A stretch of 64,000 bases of DNA, taken from NCBI RefSeq assembly GCF_006345805.1, contig NC_042999.1:28706001-28770000 (forward strand), in the 5' to 3' direction. The translations under genes and the position numbers were made by a program. Of this stretch, positions 53,388-64,000 are shown piece after piece (position 1 is the stretch's first letter; each line of letters begins with the position of its first letter). This stretch comes from Octopus sinensis. Its lineage: Eukaryota. The notes beneath the pieces were generated by a model. That model searched no databases. It was given only the letters and a program-made list of their open reading frames with translations, and was not told where the DNA came from.

Positions 53388-53637
53388 GCAACTCACAATA
53401 CTTCTGATATTGTGGCTGTATATTGTCGTGTCAAACAACCATGCGGTAAACACAACTCCAGTACATCATTTTATGATTAAATTTTGATTGCTTTCACAAA
53501 TAATACATATTACTCGAAGGAAATAAATATTGATAACTAAAAAGAAATATATATATATTCTACTAGAAAACGATACATGGTTAGATCAGTTTAGATGTAT
53601 ATTTGAGGATTGCAACTAAACACTGCATTTAAGTGCA
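53388..53637 (+). repeat. Direct repeat copy 2
   Basis: Similar to 52342-52597. Confidence 0.88.
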
Positions 53638-56562
53638 TTAAATAAAGCTATTGCTCTTCCTGTTGTTACATGACCTTAAATTGAAAATGCGTTTAGACGT
53701 CCATGCCTTGCCAATAACCATTACTACAGTAACAGGAATGAAAAAGTGGAATCGTACAATAAACACAACTTGAAGTATATTTTTGGCATGAGTTCTGTCG
53801 TTAACAATTTGAAAAATACTATGTAATGCTTACAAATTTTGTCACAAGGTTAGTGATTTTAGTGAAGGGAACTCAGTAATTAATTAGTATTAATTTTATT
53901 GCTTTCAAAAAGATAACAGGCAAAGTTGACCTTGGCTGAATAAGAACTCAGTAAGTAGAGAACCGGGTGATCCGCTGCTCAACATTTTGCCTGAGGTCAT
54001 AATGATTCTGTCAACTTGATGCGTCAAATATAAGACAAAGTTATAATGCAATTCGAAACAATATGCTTGTAACTAAATGTTTCTCTGTTAGAATCTTTAT
54101 GCTAATATTTTAGCGATTCCGGTTGTTACAGAGACCTAACAATTCTGTTATTAAATCTATGGAAATAAGTGAAAGCGAGTAATATGAAAATAAAATAATA
54201 TTTTGACATGAAAATCGAATTTGTATTATAAAGTCTTCAAAAATTCGAAGAAAGGGTTGTTGATATCAAGAAGAGAAATATAACAGATTCTTCTGGGAAA
54301 TTTATGCACGAATGTATTTTTAGATTAACAGAACACGGTAATGTGGTAGCAGTTAAATGATAAGACATAATTTTAAGATTTCTACGTTTCTTCTTGCCTG
54401 CGTTGTTATTATTACTATCAAAGTTAACGACATCCATATCAACAGAATAAGTATGAATTTTAATTTAGCCTTTAACATCAAGTCTTGGATTTTAGGAATA
54501 ACTTTCTCATGCCTTTATTACATTGTGCCTCTTTTAAGACTGTGATGTATAATCGGCTGCTATTTCTAGCACCTAGTGGTTTTTACGAAGAGAACTAATG
54601 TTAAGTCGCTTTATGAACTTAGTTACTAAACCCTTGAATCATTTCATAATTTTTCTCATCCAGCTTATAAAAGGAGTAGAACTGATATCATTGATGGCAA
54701 AATATAATCAAGATATTCATATCAAAATGGGTTTTATATGTGCACAGTTAAAATATTCTTCAGAAAGAGGCAGAGACTGACTGTTACTGCCCATCAGTCA
54801 CATATGTGGTTAATATGTTGCACGCTAATCTTTAAATATTCATAAGCGCGTGTATTGCCGAGCGGTTATAAAACTTGTTTCACCATATTCCCTTCCCTGA
54901 TATTATCCCTCTATTTACTATGTTGGATATATATAATTGTGGATTGCATTGGTTGGGTCCATTTATTAAATATGAGTAAGATTTATTATATGGAAACAGT
55001 GCAGAAGTTTCTGAGATAGTCACTTCTTATTACATTGCCTCTGGCCTATGGCTACCTCGAGTAGAATTATCTGTGGAATACACAAGATTTGACTATTCAG
55101 TTAATCGAATTGTTTGAAAACTCATCTTTGGTAATTCATCGATGTCCATCTATCATTGGGGGTTCATCTTTATGCTTTACTTATGTAATTCGATATTTGC
55201 AAGTAATTACGGCGGTTTCAAGACTTGAGGAAAAAGCAGTCTTAGTGGTAGTGCGGGTCTTGAAGAATAATGCGAGTAGCTGATACCTGATGAATATAGT
55301 GGAGCCGGTTAGAGATGTTAGACTCCATAGGAAATATTGTCAGTAGATGGTCAGGAAGAGAGAAGCAATGACAGTTGCATACAGTAGGGAATGAACGTGT
55401 GTCAGTAACAGAGATGTAAAGAGAAACATTTTGGGAGAGATAGAGACATAGAGAGAGAGAGAGAGAGAGAGAATGATAGAGAGCAAAAGAGATAGAGAAA
55501 GGGCGAGAGATAGACAGAACAGACTTCAATAAGTGGTTTACTGAATGTATCTTCATGAGTTGGATAGCAATATTTTGAATACTTAGCTTGAAATATTTCT
55601 GCTTGTTGAATGTTTTTGATGTGGTATGATGTTTTGGGGTATGAAAGCAGAGAAAGGTTGGTTATTAGAATGGAAGACGTAATTATCATGATGACCAAAT
55701 TATACGAATTCTTTTACAGATATGCACAATGAATAGTATATCTGTCTATATGTGCAATTTGTAGGCGACAGGCTAACCACACATATTTAGTTTTTAGTTG
55801 AAATATTGGCTAAATTTCTGCAGAGCATTATACACACTCCTTTTAATATGATATCCCCTGCGATGTAAAATGTAAAGATAACTCAGGTAATAATGATTAC
55901 ATTGCAGTTCACCTCGATAATATTTTGCTCATATAGGAATTGCTCTTGTGTATGTGGAGGATGTTTAGCTTGAAATAAGAAGACCCATGTAAGTTGTTTA
56001 CAAATATTGTATGCAACGAGTACATGGAGCAATATGTTGTCATTTCAAACGATGATGTTCTCTGATTCAAGTCAGATTTGCCGGCGGCTATGACTAGCGA
56101 GTTGCATAACCTAAAATATATGGTTCCCTACTGACATATTTTCGGCTATATAGGCCATCGATAATTTCGATCAATCTAGAGGAAAATGATTTCATCTTAG
56201 CTATAGATTTTCTATACCTAATCATATCACTTCTGAAGATCTGTAGTGTTTGATAATAAATGATTAAATCATGTATCGATATGTCAGTTCGTTCATCAAT
56301 TGTGTCCAGCAACTATATATACACGCTAACTATCAACACTATCTAAAACCGAGGTAATAATGTAAACATTGATTTGCAGCAACATAGAAATTACGAATGC
56401 TGAAATCATAAAGATCTTAATTATATCTATTAAGTTGAAAATTAGAGGTTTGTCGGTCAGCGGTTCAACCGTGTTTATACTCTTTATTCTTATGACAACA
56501 GGCGACCATTTATCTTCTTTATCAATGAAAGTTGCGGACCATAAAAGAAATATTTTTGTAAT

Positions 56563-56599
<37 letters not shown>

Positions 56600-57076
56600 A
56601 TGCATGTATGTATTCAAGGAAAGAGAAAGAGAGAGAGGGGGGTTAGTGAGAGAAAGAAAGAATTGAAATTTGTAAAGTTGTAATTACATTCTTGGAGGCA
56701 AAGACATTGTAACAATAGAAGAATTTTCACATAGGCAAGAAGCCAAATAGTTGAAGACGATTTCACAACACCGTTAAGGCAATGAAATCTTATTGCGCAT
56801 AGATGTATAGAAGGCTGACTTTCAATTTTGTGGCAAAATATTGTTTACAATTTAACATCAGTGTTCTGTGAGAAAGTACAATTAAGAAAATATCCGGGAG
56901 TGGGGTTCATTGAAATAATTCTTCTATATCACGACTCATAAATTATGTATGCAATTGAAATGATCTCTACAGTGTGCAACGAAAACATTTTACTGTATGG
57001 ATTTGAATATTTATGAATAAATTACTATGAAGACAACAATCATATCATCAATAAATCAGTCAATCAATCCATAAAT

Positions 57077-57115
<39 letters not shown>

Positions 57116-57148
57116 ATGCTTTTATATATAAACATATTATATATATAT

Positions 57149-57237
<89 letters not shown>

Positions 57238-57758
57238 AACATATATAAATATATATATATATATATATATGCCTGTATCTGTATGAATGTCTATCTATTT
57301 ATCTACCTAACTAGCTAGCTCTCTCTCTCTCCCTCTCTCTCTCTCTCTCACTCTGTATATATATACATACATAAAATATAAAAGAGATTTAAGGAAGAAT
57401 GTTACGATCGAGAATGTGAATCACTATGAACCTTTTGTATGTGCAGACGATGCCTTTCCTTTGCTGGGCTCAAATTTCACATTTGCGAACCCATGGAAAA
57501 CGAACCTCTACCAACTATTCTACCTGTCTGTGCCCACCTTTGAATGCAATATATACAAGAAGGTTTGAAAATCTAATGGAGACCCTAAAATACATTTTGA
57601 AATCCACAAATATCAAAACTTCTCTATAGCTGTTGATGGTCCATATCGGATATGCAATCCATGTGGGTGTCTTTTCAGAATGTTGTCTGGTTTAAAAAGC
57701 TACATCAAATGCCAGTATGTTCTAAGGTGTAGGTACCGGATGTGGTCAAACTCTGATA

Positions 57759-57909
<151 letters not shown>

Positions 57910-57950
57910 GTAGGTACCGGATGTGGTCAAACTCTGATACTTATATATAT

Positions 57951-59075
57951 AGAACCCAACATGCTGTAGTCGAAGGAGTCAAATCCAGCCCAGCCAAAGT
58001 CAGCAGTGGTGTCCCACAAGGCACTGTGTTAGGCCCACTTCTCTTCATCATCTACATAAATGATATTACTGACACCATCAAACACAGTAACATCAGAACC
58101 TTCGCTGATGATTCCAAGCTCCAGAAAGTCATCAATGGCGTGGATGACCGAATAAACCTTCAGTCAGACCTACTGGCTGTTGTCCAATGGGCGGAAAAGA
58201 ATTACATGTTGCTAAATGAAAACAAATTCGAACTGATCCACTTTGGAAGGGAGGACGCTCTGAAACTCCCATACTCTCTTCCTTCTGGAGAAATTCTCAT
58301 GGCATCCAACAACATCAGAGACCTGGGAGTAACAGTGGACAACAACATAAGCTGGGCTACACATATAAGCAGCAAAGTTGACATGGCCCGCAGAATGTGT
58401 TCCTGGATTCTCAGAACCTTCCAGTCGAGAGATTCCCATGCTATTATCCTTCTCTTCTCCACTTTTGCCCGACCCCACCTTGAATACTGCTGTCCACTGT
58501 GGTCTCCCTACACAAAACAAAATATTATGAGAATTGAAACTCCCCAAAGGTCAATCACAAAAAAGATAGATGGCATGTCAGACCTTGACTACTGGGGTAG
58601 ACTAGAGAAGCTGAAATTGTATTCACTCCAACGACGCCGTGAACGCTACATTATCTGTATGATGTGGAAAATATTCCATCAGCACTGTCCGAATGATGCT
58701 GGCATCACCTTCAAAATGCATCCAAGGCTTGGACCACGTGCCATCCGTCCACAACAAAAATCTAAATCACATCACATAACGACAGTACGGCACAAGTATT
58801 TCACCTCAATTGGACCCGTTCTCTTCAACATTACACCAGGACACGTCAAAAAAGAAACTGACCACACAAAATTCAAGAAGTCTTTGGACAAATTCCTTCA
58901 AACAGTACCGGACAAACCACCCACACCCGGATATGTCTCCGCAAACAATAACTCTCTGCTCGAATGGGCCTTGGTGCCCAAATCCTGAACTGAAAGACTT
59001 CGCCAGGTAGTGCTATTAAGTTAGACATGGCCTGGGCCAATACTGGCCAAAAACCTGTCTAAGTTATTCTAAGTT
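57951..59075 (+). mobile_element. 5'-truncated CR1-group LINE (RT C-terminal half plus 3' UTR) in (TA)n
   Basis: Uninterrupted frame to 58988: SGVPQGTVLGPLLFIIYINDI, FADDSK, RPHLEYCCPLWSP, SLQRRRER. Confidence 0.93.
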
Positions 59076-59189
59076 ATGTATATATATATATATTCCTCTA
59101 GATTACGCAAAACTGAAAATAACAGTGACTTCTTTATATTTACATAAAATTATCTTAAAATACTAAAGAGTAAACTTATACATTAAAAT

Positions 59190-59926
59190 CACTATTGGCT
59201 TCAACCACAGCATTCCAGACGCTTTCAGAATAGCCTACAACTGTTGTGAACGGTTCCCTCGTTTAAGTTGGTGAATTCTGCCTCAGATAATCTTTTGTGT
59301 TACAAAGAGTTTTGTTCGTCTCTCGCTCAAGTGCGCCCCACACATAATAATCAAGGAGGTTACAGTCAGTGGAGTGAGATGACCAGATTTTAGGGGTGAT
59401 GTGGTCACAGAAATTGTTTGACAGCCATGACTGGGTTCCCTCCCTTGTGTAGCATTGTTCAGAGTCCTGTTGCCAAATATAGAGCCATCCGGCAGCCATC
59501 CTCTTCACCCAGGGCAGCACTATCTCCTTCAGACATTTGACGTAGGCCTCCCTATTAAGCTTAAGGCTGTTTGGAGAGATGAATGGAGACATAACGCCGC
59601 CGTCACTAGTGATCACTCAAACACCATGATGTTGACTGGATGTTAAATTTTTTATCAATCTCAGTATATGTCCTCAGATTGCACTGCCCCCGGATTGACA
59701 CACAAACGCTCTGAATTGTTCGTATTGGAGATTCAGGCGCGAATGCCAAGCAGTACAGCATGTCGTTTCCAAATTTTTGGCAGAGTGCCTCAAGACACAG
59801 TGCTGTTTTTCTCTCAGACGGTGTGCAACTGGCCCTACTATACTATGTATTCGACAAAATAAAAAAAAAATGTGCATGCCCAAAATTAAAAATATAAAAT
59901 GGCGAAAATTTACCCATCACGCCCTG
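59190..59926 (-). mobile_element. Internally deleted Tc1/mariner relic of the DD37D (maT) family
   Basis: WQQD followed by 37 residues then DYYVWG in ORF 59263..59616; 5' end TA|CAGGGCGTGATGGG at 59926; 3' TIR not found. Confidence 0.85.
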
Positions 59927-59999
59927 TATATATATACATACATAGCCATGCACACACACACACACTCACAGACGCACACACACACACACACATGTATCT

Positions 60000-60170
60000 T
60001 TTTAACGTTTACTTGTTTCAGCCAATAGATGCGGCGATGCTGGGACGCCGCTTTGAAGAATTTTAGTCGAAGGAATCGTCCCCAGTAATCATTTTTCTTA
60101 AGCCCGATACATTTTGTATCCGTCACTTTTGCAGAGCCTCTAGGTTTCAGGGACGTAAACACAACATGGG
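60000..60170 (-). mobile_element. Decayed SINE family A 3' part
   Basis: TTACTTGTTTCAGCC..GATGCGGCGATGCTGG..CGCCGCTTTGAAG. Confidence 0.65.
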
Positions 60171-60389
60171 GCATTGAGTGACAACAGAGATACAAAACAC
60201 ACTCGCACGCGCGCAATAAAAACGAGTGCGCATACATACAAACGTACACCCCCCCCCCTCACACACACATGCACACATACATAAACACACACATATAAAT
60301 AACCAGTGTATGTGAGGGTGTGTCCACCAAATCCATTCACAGCCTGAAACTTCAGCAGAGACTGTTTGCCCAACGTGCAATAATAATAA

Positions 60390-61960
60390 TGATAAATACA
60401 GTTGCTGGAAACCTGTGTCAGCGTATGTTGATGGCATCATGGCAATAGTGTCAAATACGAATGGAAGCTCAAGTAGTCGATTGCATTGTAAAGTAATACG
60501 AGATGATGACAAGAGCAAAGATAAATCCAAAGAAGTTAGTCGGCTTGGAGTTCGGCAACTGTAGAGGCAATAGTAGGTTGATGGTTCGAGGGCCCTCTGT
60601 AATTGCTCGAGCTTAAGTTCAACTCAGACATTGAGGCTGACAAGAAATAGGATTCCGTTACAAGAAAAGTGGCTAATATCTCTCAGAAATGGCTTGAGAG
60701 GAAATTGTCCCTGAAATTTCGAGCAGAGATGGCGAATGCTTACATCGCGTCTCTAATAACTTACCGTCTGGAAGTTTTACCTTGCCCCAGTCCATGTTTG
60801 GCCAAAATGGAGCGTTTAATTTTCTGCTTCCTGTCTGGAAAGGACGTATCCTACTAGTGTGGTGGTCTATCTGTTGCCGGTGCCCTTTGAAAGAGGCGTT
60901 TGGCATGCCATGACTGCTAATATGCAGACAGGCAATGCAGCTACAAATTTCTCCAGGCGGAATAACGGCGTGGTATCTGTTTGCAAAACACACTTTTCAA
61001 CAGTTTACTCCTTTGACAGAGCTGCAGACCTGAATCAAGAAAAGACGAATATTAGGCGCCTGGCATCTGGAATGCCGTAAGGAACTTACAACAAGGCGGG
61101 TAATGCGGCTGTTGGATGTTCGACTCAGCAATATATACAAATTTAGCGGTAGTAAAGAGTCATGACGTTTTCGAATAATGTCTTGAAGTTGACCACAATG
61201 AACGGTTTTGGAGGAATTTTGGGCACCGTACTGCCATGGATAACTTGCAGATATCCTTGGTCTGGCACTGCTATGGAGGAACACTGTAGGTTCGAAATAA
61301 ACAATACAGTTGCAGAAACGCTGCCAGGTGAGACTATTCGAAATGCGTGCAGAGCGACTGAACCATCCAGCACGTACTTGTGCAGTGTCACAGATTTTCT
61401 GACATTTGGTATTATGACGAACAACTGTTATCCTGTGTAAAACAAATCCGATTATTGACCGAATCTGTCGTGCAGGGCATCCAAACATCCACATTTACCA
61501 AGACAATTAGACTATTGACTATGGCGAAAGAATATGTGTGTTCCAGAAGGCTGGAAGTGTTGAGGAAAAAAAAATTTTTTCCTCCAGTCAATTGTCCCAA
61601 CATTTTAAGTTTCAGAATAATGGGGATGAATAGGAAACTATTACACCCCAATTAATTTATCAAAAGGTAGAATGCATCTGTCGATAGGTTAGTAAGTATT
61701 GTGAGAGGACTTGTACCTTCAGGGGAGGGGTCAAATAATCCTGGATCTGTGTGCAGTAATTTGATTGACTGTAGTTTCTGCTTATCCCATTTTAGGACTG
61801 TATTATTCATTTTATCACACACTTTATTTATTATCTATAATTTAGTGCATTTAACCTTTCTATCCATTTGTTATCATCTTTTATGTAAACCTTCCCCGTC
61901 GAATTGTTGATTCACCTTGGGATGTCCCCTTTATGTTTGCCCCTGTGGCTTATAAATGTA
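60390..61960 (+). mobile_element. Old Tx1/L1-type LINE ORF2 relic plus 3' UTR
   Basis: AYVDG (degenerate YADD); KWLERKLSLKFRAEMANAYIASLITYRL; MAKEYVC; 3' end TTTGCCCCTGTGGCTTATAAA. Confidence 0.75.
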
Positions 61961-61994
61961 TTCATCATCAGTGTTGTAGTCGTCATTAGAAGTG

Positions 61995-62038
61995 GTAGTA
62001 GCAGTTGTAGCAGCAGCTCTAGTAACAGCAGCAGCAGC

Positions 62039-62083
<45 letters not shown>

Positions 62084-62221
62084 GGTGGTGGTGGTGGTAG
62101 TAGTAGTAGTAGTAGTTGTTGTAGTAGTGGTGGTGTTGGTGTTGGTGGTGGTGGTAGTAGTAGTGGTGGTGTAGGTGGTGGTGTTGGTGTTGGTGGTGGT
62201 GGTGGTAGTAGTAGTAGTACT

Positions 62222-62265
<44 letters not shown>

Positions 62266-62275
62266 TCGTAGTAGT
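61995..62275 (+). repeat. Compound (GTA)n/(GTG)n/(GCA)n trinucleotide microsatellite
   Basis: Direct reading. Confidence 0.95.
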
Positions 62276-62989
62276 TATCTTTTGCATCTTTATCCATTTG
62301 AGAGTATACTGTATTTTATCTACTCTTTTCTTTTACTTTTGTAATTGGCGACAATTTTCGTTTTTAGGAAAATATTCATTGAAAGTATAAACAAAGGCCA
62401 CCTGCTTGGCTAGACCCAAAGGACCGCAGTAGTTCTGGCTAACGAGACACCCCATATATAAACACCTGCATCCTTTGCGCCATTAAAGCGCGTGAGTTGA
62501 GCAAACTATTGTCATTAAAGAGACTTGTTTGCTTCTCTCCTTTCACATACATTACAGCAAAAACATATTTTCTTAGGCTTATTACGTATAAATATGCAAC
62601 CACTCGTTGCGCATCTCTTTTCATTTAGCTAGTTTCTGATGTTTTGATGTACGTTTTATTACTACTGCTGCTGCTACAGGTACTACTACCACAACCACTA
62701 CTACTACTACTACTACTACTAATGCTGCCGCTGTTGTTGTAACAATACGGGTAAGAGTGATTAGGTGATGGTCTAGGGCTTAGGGGCGGAAGACCCCAGA
62801 CCTTGGGGGAAAAAAAACTGTAGTCGAGGGCTCTTCGTTGACGCCCGACACCACGGGGAGGTGGCCCTCGAAGTCGCTGGAAATGGAGATCTCCAGGTCC
62901 AAATTCTTGAACGGCTGCTGCCGCTGCTGCGGTTACGACGGCCACCGCTGCTGCTACTGCCGCCGATGCTTCTGCTGCAGCTGTTGTTG

Positions 62990-63037
<48 letters not shown>

Positions 63038-64000
63038 GCCAACCTCGCAAACTACGTACCAACACTGAAACTTGAGTTTTTTCTTTTGTTTTCACTCAAG
63101 TAGGTTCATTCACTCCCAGCATGCGCGCAACAATATTTCTTCATTTCTCAAATTCCCTTTGCGACAAGCATCTACACTCCAGCATTATTTTCCTTTTCAC
63201 AACGGATATCTGAGGGATACAGAATACGGGAAAAAGGCAATATTTACAACCCTGAAACCACTATATACATCGCAACATGTTTGTCCCAGAACTTTTTAAT
63301 GGATCTCTGTCAGTGAGCTGGTCCCAGAGAAGGTGACGAAAATTATGACCCAATAATAAATGATTAAGGAAAGTTAAGAGTAAACGGTTTTTGTATTTTT
63401 GTTAATAGCTATCATGGATCTTCCTCGCAATAATTCCTTTAGTTTCAATGCACTCTCTCTGTGAAAACTACTTGAAAGACAAGGAAAATACAGATATATG
63501 CATGTGTGTGTGTGTGTATGTTTGTGCTAATATGTGTATGTTTGTAATATAATTTGTGTGTATAAGTGCATGTGTTGCTGTGTGTTTATGTCAGTCTATG
63601 CTTATATTAGTGAATGTAAGTATGTAGGTATATGAAGTGAGAGAGATACACAAAATTCTTGCTTCGTATAATGTAAACTGTAACGTCATAGTTTGTCTCT
63701 TCTAATCCAAATTCCCATAGATATCACTGTACGTGTCCGTATGGCGAGAGGCTGTAGTTGCTGGATATAAGGCATTGGGAATTTACTTCTCATCTTTCGG
63801 ATCCTTCCTTAAACCATATAATTCGAGATGTGATTTCTTCTGACCTGAATTTTTATCATATTCTACTTTTTCGACTGGAATATGCTCTAGCTCGTTTCCT
63901 GCTCTTGTTTTGATTCCTAATTGAAGTTACTGTTACGTGGTGACATTTCCAGTACGTATTTCACCAAAGAATACACGAATGTTCTTGAACCATATTTGTC

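Noticed and set aside
53136-53480. 114-aa ORF
   Set aside because: No recognisable domain; it runs into a non-coding direct repeat whose other copy is not open in this frame.
56094-56312. 72-aa protein-like ORF on the minus strand
   Set aside because: No recognisable motif, weak splice signals, and a length compatible with chance.

Overview
AT-rich, microsatellite-saturated eukaryotic DNA. The SINE sequences look like octopus (coleoid cephalopod) families; this assignment is from memory and no search was run. Almost all ORFs in the track are translations of (TA)n, (CA)n, (AAT)n or (TCTA)n repeats. The recognisable content is mostly transposon debris: two Penelope-like elements (PLEs; RT plus GIY-YIG), five R4/Dong-type LINE pieces next to (AAT)n, three Tx1/L1-type copies, two RTE and two CR1-type pieces, a DD37D (maT) transposase relic, a non-autonomous Helitron, a MITE, a long-TIR element and many tRNA-derived SINEs. 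One candidate host coding exon with a transmembrane segment lies on the minus strand (19807-20064). The most unusual signal is a set of minimal type I hammerhead ribozyme motifs with palindromic stem III (30540, 32822 with its mirror at 32721, and 43287), of which those at 32.7-32.9 kb and 43.3 kb sit inside fold-back DNA palindromes in (TA)n. Also notable are a fold-back of at least 6 kb around a PLE, a TG...CA-bounded 965-bp element with identical 96-bp direct repeats, and a SINE 3' tail shared with a Tx1-type LINE.
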